Shown: in pieces, positions 36,203-45,875 of the stretch
Layout of the letters: each line of letters begins with the position of its first letter
How positions within the stretch are numbered: the first letter of the stretch is position 1
Origin: an uncultured virus (IMG/VR IMGVR_UViG_3300017714_000003)
Taxonomy: Duplodnaviria; Heunggongvirae; Uroviricota; Caudoviricetes
IMG/VR virus record: IMGVR_UViG_3300017714_000003
Length of the DNA: 64,000 nucleotides
Direction: 5' to 3' (one strand)
The notes under the pieces: model-generated
Database searches by the model: none
Seen by the model: the letters and a program-made list of their open reading frames with translations, nothing else
Told to the model about the DNA's origin: nothing
Made by a program: the position numbers and the translations under genes

Positions 36203-38514
36203 TAGATAGCACAACTATCACAATATTCTTCATATTCTAAATCACTATCAAATTCATCCCTTGATTTTAATTCTTCTGGAATGTCTTTGCTCACATCGAT
36301 TTCACCTTGTCCATCGAATGTGTTAAAATAGTAAAGTTGCTTTCCACCATATTTGTAAAACATAATAAGATGTTGCAACATAATACTCATAGGAATCTTT
36401 TCATCTTCAAAGAATATTGGATTATAGCTTGTATTGACAGATATACCTTGGTCGATATATTTCTGTAATACTGCCATAATTTTTAGATATCCTTCAGGAG
36501 ATTCTTGTTCCCATAGTAACTCATATTTATTCTTTAACTTGTGAATACCGGGTACAACTTGCTTTAAAACGCCATGTTTTGATTGCTTGATACTGACCAT
36601 ACTTCTTGGTGGTTCACTACCATTAGTTGAATTCGATATTTGTGCAGATGTCTCTGCTGGCATAAGAGCCATTAATGTAGAATTACGAATACCATGTTCT
36701 TTTAAATCTTTTCTTAGTGAAGTCCAATCTTGGGTATATTTTCTTTTAACTAATTCATCAACCTCAGGTTTATATGTATCTATTGGTAAAAGTCCGTTAC
36801 CATACTTTGTCTCGTTAGATAATGGACATGCACCTTTTTCTTGTGCTAAGATATTTGATGATTTAATAAGATAATATGACCAAGCCTCTGCCCATTCATC
36901 TATTAGTTTTAAATCTGGATTTGAATAGTTTGTATCATTCTTAGCTAACCAATATGCAAAGTTAATAATACCAACACCAAGAGGTCTTCTATTGTTAGTT
37001 GAAATTTCAGCCGCAAGTACAGGATATCTCTGATAATCTAATAGAGCATCTAATCCACGTACTGCTAATTCACAAGGCTTAGCAAATTCTTCTGGTGTTC
37101 TAATAGTACCCCAATTAATAGCACTAAGAGTACAAAGAGCAATCTCACCTTCTTCATCATGCATATGTTTCAAAGGTTTAGTAGGTAAATTAATTTCACA
37201 ACATAAGTTAGATTGTTTGATTGGTGCTTTCTCTGTTACAAATGAACTATGGTCATTTGCATGGTCAACGTTCATCAAATAGATACGACCTGTATTCTTT
37301 CTTTCATTCATAAATGAAGAAAATAACTCAGTTGCAGGAATAGATTTTTTACGTAATCTTGTATTACGTTCTGCTTTTTCGTATAGTTCTCTAAACTTAT
37401 CTTGGTCATTGAAGAATGCTTCGTATAAACCAGGAACATCACTAGGTGAAAATAATGAAACGTTTCCACCTGTCATTAGACGTTCATACATTAGTTTATT
37501 AAATTGCACACCATAATCCATATGACGTACTCTGTTATCGTCTGTGCCTTTGTTATTTTTTAAAACAAGTAAGTCTTCTACTTCGTAATGCCAAATAGGA
37601 TAATACAAAGTAGCCGCTCCACCACGTACACCACCTTGTGAACATGATTTTACACTTGCTTGAAATAGTTTATAAAAAGGAATAACACCTGTATGACTTG
37701 CATCACCATTACGTATCGGTGAATTGATAGCACGTATGCTACCTGCACCAATACCAATTCCTGCTTTTTGAGAAACATACTTAACTACTGAACTTGAGGT
37801 AGCATTTATAGAATCAAGTGAGTCGTCTGTCTCAATCAAAACACAGGATGAAAACTGTCTTTGTGGTGTTCTTACGCCAGCCATGACAGGTGTAGGTAGA
37901 GATATATCAAAACTACTAATAGCATCATAGTACTCTTTGACATATTTCAATCTTGTTTCCTTAGGATAATTACCAAATAATGAAGCGGCAATTAAAACAT
38001 ATGCAACTTGTGGCGTTTCAAAATGCTTACCAGTTACACGATTTTGTACTAAATATTTTCCACGAAATTGTTCCATACCAACATATGCAATATTAAAATC
38101 TCTATCATGTTTGATAAAACTATTAATTTCATCCCATTCTTTTTTTGAGTAATCCCTAAGTAATGCCGGATCATAAAAACCATTTTTAGTATTAAGTTTG
38201 ATAATATCTCTAATATGCCATGGGTCGAAACTGTTATATACCATTTTTCTCAAATGATAATTCACTAGATTGCCTGCAACCCATTGATAATTTGGTGTTT
38301 CTTCTGAAATTAAGTCTGCGGCCGCTTTAATTAAAGTCTCTTGTACTTCTTCACTTTTTATGCCATCATAAAATTGAATATGTGATTTTAATTCTACTTC
38401 ACTTGCACTAACCGCCGCAATGTCTTCACATGCAAACATCACAACTTTGTGCATTTTTTCCAGGTCTAGCGGCTCTGGAGTGCCGTCTCTTTTAATTACT
38501 TGTATTTCGCTCAT
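36202..38514 (-). CDS. nrdA: ribonucleotide reductase class Ia alpha subunit with ATP cone
   Basis: VIKRDG, PTPVMAG, FSSCV, SNLCCEI, KQLYY, C-terminal CDSC. Confidence 0.97.
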   Translation of the reverse strand: MSEIQVIKRDGTPEPLDLEKMHKVVMFACEDIAAVSASEVELKSHIQFYDGIKSEEVQETLIKAAADLISEETPNYQWVAGNLVNYHLRKMVYNSFDPWHIRDIIKLNTKNGFYDPALLRDYSKKEWDEINSFIKHDRDFNIAYVGMEQFRGKYLVQNRVTGKHFETPQVAYVLIAASLFGNYPKETRLKYVKEYYDAISSFDISLPTPVMAGVRTPQRQFSSCVLIETDDSLDSINATSSSVVKYVSQKAGIGIGAGSIRAINSPIRNGDASHTGVIPFYKLFQASVKSCSQGGVRGGAATLYYPIWHYEVEDLLVLKNNKGTDDNRVRHMDYGVQFNKLMYERLMTGGNVSLFSPSDVPGLYEAFFNDQDKFRELYEKAERNTRLRKKSIPATELFSSFMNERKNTGRIYLMNVDHANDHSSFVTEKAPIKQSNLCCEINLPTKPLKHMHDEEGEIALCTLSAINWGTIRTPEEFAKPCELAVRGLDALLDYQRYPVLAAEISTNNRRPLGVGIINFAYWLAKNDTNYSNPDLKLIDEWAEAWSYYLIKSSNILAQEKGACPLSNETKYGNGLLPIDTYKPEVDELVKRKYTQDWTSLRKDLKEHGIRNSTLMALMPAETSAQISNSTNGSEPPRSMVSIKQSKHGVLKQVVPGIHKLKNKYELLWEQESPEGYLKIMAVLQKYIDQGISVNTSYNPIFFEDEKIPMSIMLQHLIMFYKYGGKQLYYFNTFDGQGEIDVSKDIPEELKSRDEFDSDLEYEEYCDSCAI

Positions 38515-38560
38515 ATCTGTCTCTCTTGCTGGTAATGTATTTACACATTCCCACTGTTCA

Positions 38561-39031
38561 TTAATGTCTGTTGTTTATTTCTGCATCTTCCATTCCTGCT
38601 ACTCGTAATTTGATAATATTAGTTAGTTGAAAGTGTTTAATTTCAAAACCTTTAGTTATCCCCAAATATTGATTGCGTGTATATGCAACTTGATTGATTA
38701 ATTCGCTTATTGCTACAACCTCAGTTTCACCATCTGCATACTTTTCTGCATCACGTGAACTAAGTGCTTTATTGTAGTTTTCTAAGTATTTTCTTAGATA
38801 CTCACTACGTTTCTTTCTAAGTTGTATATTTAAGTGTTCTAGGATAGCCTCTAGTTCTTGTAACTGTGCAAAACGCAATTCTACATATGACGGCAAATGT
38901 GTAGCATTCTTTTCTACATTACCATATATTTTAACTTCTTTTCTTGCTTCTGCGACTTCATTGGTAAAATAGTCAACGGCTTCTGGAATTTTACTCCAAT
39001 CCTTAACTACCTTATTATACCAATTTTCCAT
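38561..39031 (-). CDS. uvsY: UvsY-like recombination mediator
   Basis: helical, KYLENYNKALSSRDAEKYADGE, IKHFQLTNIIKLRVAG; near uvsX. Confidence 0.7.
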   Translation of the reverse strand: MENWYNKVVKDWSKIPEAVDYFTNEVAEARKEVKIYGNVEKNATHLPSYVELRFAQLQELEAILEHLNIQLRKKRSEYLRKYLENYNKALSSRDAEKYADGETEVVAISELINQVAYTRNQYLGITKGFEIKHFQLTNIIKLRVAGMEDAEINNRH

Positions 39032-39255
39032 TACCAATCTTCCTCTTCGTCTTCCCATTCATCAAAATACCTGTCTACCGCCGTCTCAAGTATTTTGTCA
39101 CCATCTGCAAATTCATCTATCTCATGTTGTTCGATACCACTATCATCACATACTTTAATAAATGTTTCTGCCGCTTCTAATTTGTCTTTCGCCGGAATAA
39201 AGCCTTTAACTTTGTCCCATAACTCAAATACTGTTTCTAATTCAACTGCCGCCAT
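39031..39255 (-). CDS. small acidic hypothetical protein
   Basis: 74 aa, D/E-rich tail. Confidence 0.65.
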   Translation of the reverse strand: MAAVELETVFELWDKVKGFIPAKDKLEAAETFIKVCDDSGIEQHEIDEFADGDKILETAVDRYFDEWEDEEEDW

Positions 39256-39260
39256 TAGAC

Positions 39261-39707
39261 CTAAGCCTCAAAGATGGCTGAATTAGCACCATGTTCCGCA
39301 CATTCGGCTTTCACACAGTAACAACGATTGTCTGACATATCTCTGACAAGTTTATCAGCGAAACGCCATGCGTGTTCTGAGAATTTTTCGACCCCCACAC
39401 CATCTAGTTGTACAATACTTGCGAGACCTTGTTTCTCTAACAATAGTAAATCATTCTTCTTAGGATCATTTACATCAATTACAACTTTGTGGTCAAACGT
39501 ATCTTCAAGCCATGCTTTCAGAGGTTTAAGTCCACCGAAATCAACTACCCAATTACGTTCATCTAATTCATCACAACCAAATGTGAATTTAAAAGATAAA
39601 CTATATCCGTGTAGCAATTTACAATGTGAGTGTGCGTTAGGCTGTCTAAACACTGCACTTAGTCCAATGTTATGCCCATAGCACTTGGTCGAAAAATATT
39701 TAGCCAT
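39261..39707 (-). CDS. queD: 6-carboxytetrahydropterin synthase (QueD/PTPS family)
   Basis: SHCKLLHGYS, WVVDFGGLK, FDH, EHGANSA. Confidence 0.88.
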   Translation of the reverse strand: MAKYFSTKCYGHNIGLSAVFRQPNAHSHCKLLHGYSLSFKFTFGCDELDERNWVVDFGGLKPLKAWLEDTFDHKVVIDVNDPKKNDLLLLEKQGLASIVQLDGVGVEKFSEHAWRFADKLVRDMSDNRCYCVKAECAEHGANSAIFEA

Positions 39708-40798
39708 TATGCTTCCTCATTTACTTCTAAGTTATTATCTTCTGGAACTTCAAGTTCATGTGATTCATCATCAAAATTCCTATCATTCCATTCATTCATT
39801 ACTACTTCAAGTTTTTCATTTGTCCAATTCTTTCTGAATTCTGACATAATCTCACCTGACTTAGTTGTGTAAGCCAACTTATTGCCTGACTTAACTAAGA
39901 TTCCTTTTGCTTCAAAGAAATCTACTAAACCACTATAAGGACTCATTCCTGTTTCATAAGGAATTTCTACCTGTACACCTTCAAATGGTTTTGCATATCT
40001 TGTTTTCATCACTTTACATGCCGCTCTAATGCCATGTACTTGTGATGTTTTGTTACCATCTGCATCTACTTTTAGTTTTAGTTTCTTCATTGCTACAACA
40101 ATACTTGAAGCATAAATGAAACCTTGACCACCTGAAATCTTATCATCAGGGTCAAACATATCTTGTGATGCATATGTATGATTTGTTGCTACTAGACCAA
40201 CATTATAATCACCAAACATATTAACTGAGTTACGTACTAATGATGCAAGTGCTTTAGGTTTACGACCCATGTCACCTTTCATATCACCTTTTTGAAACTG
40301 GTCAACATCTGTTGGTGTTAACATCATTCCTAAACTATCAATAACAAATAACACTTTAGGACGTTCTTCTTCGTCTTTATCGGCATATTCTGCCTTATAA
40401 TCTTTCATAAAGTCATTAATAATTTTAGCAACATCGTCAATCATTGCTACGTTTAGTTTTAATAATTTATCTTCACTTGTGTCTACTTGCAATGCATGTA
40501 GCCATTTCTCATCTAGTGCATTTTCACTATCGATAAGAACTACAAAGATACCTTGGTCTTGTGCGTTTTTAACAACATTACCTGCGGCGATATATGATTT
40601 ACCTGCACCACTTTCACCTGCTAGTACTGTTACTTTTCCTAATGGAATACCTTTATAAAAGTCTCCACTGATTAACTTGTTTAGACAGTAGTTACCTGTT
40701 GAAATCCAAGTATCAGGATCACGAAAACCAGCACTTACGCCTGGTACCGCTTTTGTAATACTTTTTCTGAATTTACTTACGTCAAATGCTCTTGCCAT
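39707..40798 (-). CDS. uvsX: RecA-like recombinase UvsX
   Basis: AGESGAGKS, IDSENA, VIDSLG, ATNHTY, ISGGQG, KTRYAKP. Confidence 0.93.
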   Translation of the reverse strand: MARAFDVSKFRKSITKAVPGVSAGFRDPDTWISTGNYCLNKLISGDFYKGIPLGKVTVLAGESGAGKSYIAAGNVVKNAQDQGIFVVLIDSENALDEKWLHALQVDTSEDKLLKLNVAMIDDVAKIINDFMKDYKAEYADKDEEERPKVLFVIDSLGMMLTPTDVDQFQKGDMKGDMGRKPKALASLVRNSVNMFGDYNVGLVATNHTYASQDMFDPDDKISGGQGFIYASSIVVAMKKLKLKVDADGNKTSQVHGIRAACKVMKTRYAKPFEGVQVEIPYETGMSPYSGLVDFFEAKGILVKSGNKLAYTTKSGEIMSEFRKNWTNEKLEVVMNEWNDRNFDDESHELEVPEDNNLEVNEEA

Positions 40799-40820
40799 AT
40801 TCTTCTCCGTTTGATATTAT

Positions 40821-40842
40821 GAGGGAGACCTAAGCCTCCCTC
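40821..40842 (-). other. strong intergenic hairpin without U-tract (mRNA stability/processing)
   Basis: GAGGGAGGC-TTAG-GTCTCCCTC between gp32 and uvsX. Confidence 0.55.
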
Positions 40843-40854
40843 GTTTGTTAACAA

Positions 40855-41871
40855 TTAGTCAGCCTTACGACTTCTAATCATTTTCAGGATATCAGCGGCG
40901 TCAGTTCCCTGACCACCACTTGCTGGTGCACTCGCCTCTGCCATTGCTGGTTGAGGAGTTGCTACTGCCTTTGGAGCAGGAGCCGGTGTTTCAGCTGGAG
41001 TTGAATTTTGTGCTACCGGAGCCTTTGCTTCTTCAACTGCTGGTGCAGTTGTTTGTGCATTAGCTGGCTTAGAATTACCAACATCCAATCCATATGGTTT
41101 ATAGAAAGAACCCCATTTTTCTGGGTCATAAAGATGCCCATCAACTGATGCTTCAAACATTTCCATAATGATACGTTGCTCTTCCTCATTAGGACGCTTT
41201 GGCATGAAATCATTTAAGTCATAAAGACCATGAGTTTCAATCGCCTGACGTTCTTCCTCATTTAGAGAACGTTCTTTACGTGCCCAATTTGAAGTTGAGT
41301 AGTCTGCATACTGACCTTTTTGAGTTTTAGTAAGACGGAAGTCTGTACCTGCATCATAGTCAGTTGGAAGATTTTCCATATCTGGATCCATAAGAGCCGA
41401 TTTCAATAGTTTGAAAATCTGTGGCCCAATTACGAATCTACGAATTGGATTCTCTGGAGTTTCTTCATTCATCGGATCCGTTACTACAAATCCTTGAAAG
41501 ATGTATGAACGTTTCTTCCAATACTTACGTCCAATGTCTTCCATTGCTGGATCTTTGAACCAAGGACGAATTTCTGCGTGTACTGGACAAGTATCACCCC
41601 ACATTTCGATACATGGAACTTGAACTGTTACTGGTTTTGACACGTCACCCCCTTTGACACCTGGAAAAGGCATCTTGATGATTTGTCGCTCACGCCAGAA
41701 AAAAGTATTTGAGTTATCTGAGTCTGGAAGAAAACGAATTACTGATGTTGAATCAGTGTCCATGTTCCAGAAAGGATAGATGGCGTCTGTGCCTCTATTT
41801 GCGTTGGCATTGTCTGCCGATTTTGAATCTTGTGCAAGAAGTTTTGCACGGATTTCTGCTAGTGTAGCCAT
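40855..41871 (-). CDS. single-stranded DNA-binding protein (T4 gp32-like)
   Basis: VIRFLPD, CPV, YWKKRSY, DFRLTK, YSTSNW, C-terminal DILKMIRSRK. Confidence 0.9.
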   Translation of the reverse strand: MATLAEIRAKLLAQDSKSADNANANRGTDAIYPFWNMDTDSTSVIRFLPDSDNSNTFFWRERQIIKMPFPGVKGGDVSKPVTVQVPCIEMWGDTCPVHAEIRPWFKDPAMEDIGRKYWKKRSYIFQGFVVTDPMNEETPENPIRRFVIGPQIFKLLKSALMDPDMENLPTDYDAGTDFRLTKTQKGQYADYSTSNWARKERSLNEEERQAIETHGLYDLNDFMPKRPNEEEQRIIMEMFEASVDGHLYDPEKWGSFYKPYGLDVGNSKPANAQTTAPAVEEAKAPVAQNSTPAETPAPAPKAVATPQPAMAEASAPASGGQGTDAADILKMIRSRKAD

Positions 41872-41983
41872 ATTGTATTCTCCTATATTAGCCTGTATTA
41901 GTTTTTGTTTGTATTAGCCTAAATGTAAACAGTTTACTTTTAAACATGCTTACAATTATACTTATCTTTGGAGTCAAAGTCAA
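41872..41983 (-). promoter_or_regulatory. gp32 promoter and leader with CTAATA repeats
   Basis: TTGACT-17-TATAAT (41955-41983), palindrome GTAAAC-A-GTTTAC, three CTAATA repeats before AGGAG. Confidence 0.7.
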
Positions 41984-42017
41984 GCGTTAAATACGTATTT
42001 TTTGTAATTTTTTCCAC

Positions 42018-42045
42018 AAAAAAAAGGGACCCACTAAGGATCCCT
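42018..42045 (-). terminator. rho-independent terminator
   Basis: AGGGATCC-loop-GG-TCCCT stem followed by a T-run on the minus strand. Confidence 0.7.
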
Positions 42046-42068
42046 GATTTTATTGGTTTTTTGGTACG

Positions 42069-43514
42069 TTATGCTGGTATTTCGAACTTAGCGAATGCTT
42101 CTGAAAGCATTGAATCGAATTGTTCATTCACAGGTTTACCCACAGTTTCTACTGCTTCGTTACTCTGTGCCGCTAATTTTCTTAAGTATCCAGTCATTTG
42201 AATCTTTTCTTTTGTAAGACCTTGACCTGAACGAATCGCATTTGCCATATCCATTAAGAACATTGACAATTCAGCCGCTCTATCGTGACCTTTATTTTTA
42301 CGTTTGTTATCATCTGTAGTATCAACATCGACTCTATCTGCTAAATCATCGATTGATAAAGCTAACATAAGTTTCTTCTGTTCCTCAGCTTCTTGTGGAC
42401 TACGAGGTTCAGCATATTGTTTTTTGATTTTATCAAAGTTGTATTCAGCATTAGGGTCTTTAGGAAAAGTAATTTTATTTTTCTTTTGACCTGTTTTCTT
42501 GTCTTTTGCTACAATGATTTCTCTAACACGTGAGATTTGGTCTGCACGATTATCTTCCATTTCTTCTTCGTTTACACGATGTATAAGCGGAAGAACATCC
42601 CTTAAAGATTCTTCAAAAGTTGTTTTTGTAAATTTAGAAACATATTTGTTTACTGTATCTTCTGTGATTTCAGCATTTTCTTTTGCTTCTGTTGTTGCTA
42701 ATTTTTCAACAAAGTTTGTATATCCTTTTGCACCTTGTACACGTTTGATAGATTCTTTGATTGATTCCATTCTACGTTTTACATTTAGTACAACTGAACG
42801 ATTGTTTTCGTTGATTAGTGATTGCTTGTTAACAACATTCATAAACTCTTTTAGTTTTGCTAAGTTTGTTGAAAGTTCCACAATCGCTTCGCCCACCATG
42901 TCGCTAGGTACACCACCATGTGATACATGTCTCGCCATTGCTCTTGCGCCGTTCAAATGTTTATATGGATATTTGAAACGTTCACCTTCAGCATTTTCAA
43001 CAAAGATTGCTGAAATATTACGAGAACGTGATCCACGTGATTCCTCGTTTACTGGAGCACGGTGTTTGACGATTAGTCTTACATTTTCTAGTGTTTGGCG
43101 ACTGGTACGTGATGAGCCTTCTAAAGGCGATAAGCCTTCTTTCATTACGTCACTCATAGTCTGCTCCTTATCATTTTCTAATTTATAAGCATAGTTTTTA
43201 GGTTCAATATGTTTACCAAATGAACGCATGTCAAAATCTAACATGTACTCACGTGATAACTGTCTTAAACTATTCATTAATTTTTCTGCTTTTGGTTTAT
43301 CAATATCAACGCCTTCACCAAAATGAAGTTTAACTTCATTAGTTCCCTCATCAATAGACACCATCATGTTTGGTTCGTCAATGTAAAAAAATCTTGCTTC
43401 CTCTGGATTAGCAACACTTTTACCATTATCAGAATTAAACATTTTCAAAGGAATACCATTCCCTTGAATAATTCTCATTATTTTTTCTGCGATAGTTGAA
43501 TAATTTACAGCCAT
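42069..43514 (-). CDS. late hypothetical protein (probable virion/internal)
   Basis: late promoter 43536-43543; RSRNISAIFVENAEGERFKYP, GARAMARHV. Confidence 0.7.
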   Translation of the reverse strand: MAVNYSTIAEKIMRIIQGNGIPLKMFNSDNGKSVANPEEARFFYIDEPNMMVSIDEGTNEVKLHFGEGVDIDKPKAEKLMNSLRQLSREYMLDFDMRSFGKHIEPKNYAYKLENDKEQTMSDVMKEGLSPLEGSSRTSRQTLENVRLIVKHRAPVNEESRGSRSRNISAIFVENAEGERFKYPYKHLNGARAMARHVSHGGVPSDMVGEAIVELSTNLAKLKEFMNVVNKQSLINENNRSVVLNVKRRMESIKESIKRVQGAKGYTNFVEKLATTEAKENAEITEDTVNKYVSKFTKTTFEESLRDVLPLIHRVNEEEMEDNRADQISRVREIIVAKDKKTGQKKNKITFPKDPNAEYNFDKIKKQYAEPRSPQEAEEQKKLMLALSIDDLADRVDVDTTDDNKRKNKGHDRAAELSMFLMDMANAIRSGQGLTKEKIQMTGYLRKLAAQSNEAVETVGKPVNEQFDSMLSEAFAKFEIPA

Positions 43515-43541
43515 ATTATTGATTCCTTATAGATGTATTTA

Positions 43542-45101
43542 TCAAAATAGTACAGGAAGAGGGTCATTAAAATCGTCTTCACTATCAAGTGATTCTCCTA
43601 ATGTCTCCATAAATTCTTCATCGAATCGTGATATTACTTGAATTTGTCTGATACAAAGCAATGTAGCACTTACTAAATCGTCTGTTTCGCCTGATTTTGC
43701 TTCGAAACTTTTACCTTTTGCAATAAATGTCTTAAATTCTCTAATTAAATTCTTACTGAGTGGTACCATTTTATCACTCTCAATCCAAGATTTTAATTTC
43801 ATACATGCAGTTATCTTTGTTTTATAAGATGTAGTAAATCCTTTTCTTATCGCTTTTTGAATACCTTTTTTCTTTGGTTCATGTAAGAATTCACCTGGAA
43901 ATTTATCTTCGTCCATTTCATCAATAACAATAAGAGCGGCTTCTCCAAGTGAGTTATTCTCTACAGACCAATATATCTCTGGTCTTCGATTTCCTAATTC
44001 ATTCATTTCATCATTTAAGATAGTTAGGATATCATGCATTGTTTTTACTTGACCTCTTACATCTGTACGATTACTTTGCCATTCTGCTACTTGTACTAAT
44101 TCTGGCAAAGACCAAACTTCGATTGCTGAATAATCTCCTCCAGTACCCATAGCAGGATCAAGACCAACAACGTAAGTAGAATTTTTATTAATTTTTTCAT
44201 ACCATCTTACTTGCCCAGTTTTCATAAGAGGCTCTTTGCCTTCTAAATGAGAAAGTTTGATACTATCTACAAGTGTTTCATCAAACGCAATAAATTGACA
44301 TTCATGTTCACGCAAAAATCTTTCTTCACCAACACGTGTTCTTTCTTCTTTAGACCAGATTTCATCCCTATCAGGATGTTCGTCCCAAATAGCTTTAAAT
44401 GGTTTAAAGCCATTGATACCTGTCTCTTTTTCATTACCGTGTTCATCTATATTTTTATTAGCACCACTCCATATGAGAGCAAATTGGTCATCATCTAAGT
44501 TTGGTGTTGAAGTAATAATTGCTTTACCACCTGTTGCTAGAGTAGGAGATATTGAAGTCCAAAACTCTTTTGCAATATTAGGTCTAACGAATGCAAACTC
44601 ATCACAGTATAGTAAAGAAATTGAAAGACCACGACCTGTGTTTTCTGTAGTTGCTTGTGCTATGATACGTGAACCATTATCGAATTCTAAACTACCTTTA
44701 TTATAACTTGTAACACCTGCTCTAATGTGGTCAGGGCATAATTCATACGCATGTCTAATTCTATGCATAATTTCTTGAGCACCTGAATACTTGTGAGCCG
44801 CAATTAGAATAGTTTGGTCTGGCATAAACATAGCATACCATAATAGATAACCTGCCGCAGTAGTAGATTTACCCATCTGTCTACCTAGCATAGAAATAGA
44901 AAATCTATAGTTATGATAAGAATTCAGTAATCCTTTTTGAAATTTATAAGCATCATATGTCATACTACCTTTAGTAGGGTGTTGTATTTTAAAATAATTG
45001 TTTAAAAAATAAAAAGGATCATTTGCACACTTACTAAATTCTAATAGTTGTGCATTACTGAACTTTGTTTTTTGATATGCTTTTTTAGTTAAATCTGCCA
45101 T
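43542..45101 (-). CDS. terL: terminase large subunit (T4 gp17-like)
   Basis: RQMGKST, LLYCDEFAF, ITSTPN, GLDPAMG, VENN, TDDLV. Confidence 0.96.
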   Translation of the reverse strand: MADLTKKAYQKTKFSNAQLLEFSKCANDPFYFLNNYFKIQHPTKGSMTYDAYKFQKGLLNSYHNYRFSISMLGRQMGKSTTAAGYLLWYAMFMPDQTILIAAHKYSGAQEIMHRIRHAYELCPDHIRAGVTSYNKGSLEFDNGSRIIAQATTENTGRGLSISLLYCDEFAFVRPNIAKEFWTSISPTLATGGKAIITSTPNLDDDQFALIWSGANKNIDEHGNEKETGINGFKPFKAIWDEHPDRDEIWSKEERTRVGEERFLREHECQFIAFDETLVDSIKLSHLEGKEPLMKTGQVRWYEKINKNSTYVVGLDPAMGTGGDYSAIEVWSLPELVQVAEWQSNRTDVRGQVKTMHDILTILNDEMNELGNRRPEIYWSVENNSLGEAALIVIDEMDEDKFPGEFLHEPKKKGIQKAIRKGFTTSYKTKITACMKLKSWIESDKMVPLSKNLIREFKTFIAKGKSFEAKSGETDDLVSATLLCIRQIQVISRFDEEFMETLGESLDSEDDFNDPLPVLF

Positions 45102-45875
45102 TTACTTTTTTATTCCGACTTTTCCGTCTTCTTTAATTTCTGCATCTGCTAGTCTTGTAACTCTATCACGCCAACCTACTTCTCCGATTGCACCTGTGAG
45201 TGTAACTCTTATATTATCACCAGCATCTGGATCAACACGTGTAATACCGTGTACTGAATTCTTTTGTATTAATACTAATCTATTTGGTTTAGGACTTACA
45301 AATGTACCCACACCTTTATCTATTAATGATTGAAACTTTTCTTTTTGTTGAAACATTTCCATTGGACTTCGTAATTCTTTATAACTATCATAATGTTTTG
45401 TTCCTTCCATTAATTCTATCCACTGAGAGTATTCTGGTACACTTCCCATAGGAACAATTAATAATGTAGAGTCCCAATTTATTTGCCAATCTTTATGAAC
45501 ATAATACGTATATGTTGTAAAACCTAAATCACTATGCCATGGGTTTTTTGAGTTTACAGGATATGCATGACAACGCATTGCATAATCTTCAAACTTTCCA
45601 CCTTCAACATAGTCACCGATATGCTCATACTCATTTAAAAACTTATTAAAATGTTCAAACCAAACATCACAATTATCACCATAAGGATATTTACCTTGCC
45701 AACGCTTTTGATTTTTATAATTTGCACCATCTGTATAATGCCAAAACTTATCGTCTCCTTGAGTTTGTTCCCACTCATCGACTTGTACTTGATTTAAAAT
45801 TTTATCTTGTGCTTCTTCTGGTAAGAAGTCATCAATTACTAAACACTCAGGTGTTCTCATTACAACATTATACAT
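45102..45875 (-). CDS. 2OG-Fe(II) oxygenase (prolyl-hydroxylase-like)
   Basis: VIDDFLP, WHSD, PKPNRLV, HGITRV, RVTL. Confidence 0.75.
   Translation of the reverse strand: MYNVVMRTPECLVIDDFLPEEAQDKILNQVQVDEWEQTQGDDKFWHYTDGANYKNQKRWQGKYPYGDNCDVWFEHFNKFLNEYEHIGDYVEGGKFEDYAMRCHAYPVNSKNPWHSDLGFTTYTYYVHKDWQINWDSTLLIVPMGSVPEYSQWIELMEGTKHYDSYKELRSPMEMFQQKEKFQSLIDKGVGTFVSPKPNRLVLIQKNSVHGITRVDPDAGDNIRVTLTGAIGEVGWRDRVTRLADAEIKEDGKVGIKK

Noticed and set aside
36606..36626. NrdA NGSEPP instead of the usual NGIEPP
   Set aside because: One base change (ATT to AGT) that could be a variant or sequencing error; the catalytic Cys/Asn/Glu/Tyr motifs are intact
42499..43188. 229-aa plus-strand ORF and the many shorter antisense ORFs in the track
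   Set aside because: Ser/Phe/Leu-rich shadows of well-supported minus-strand genes, without expression signals
34458..45101. Introns or inteins in nrdA, nrdB, uvsX or terL
   Set aside because: All are uninterrupted and of normal length, with no splice motifs
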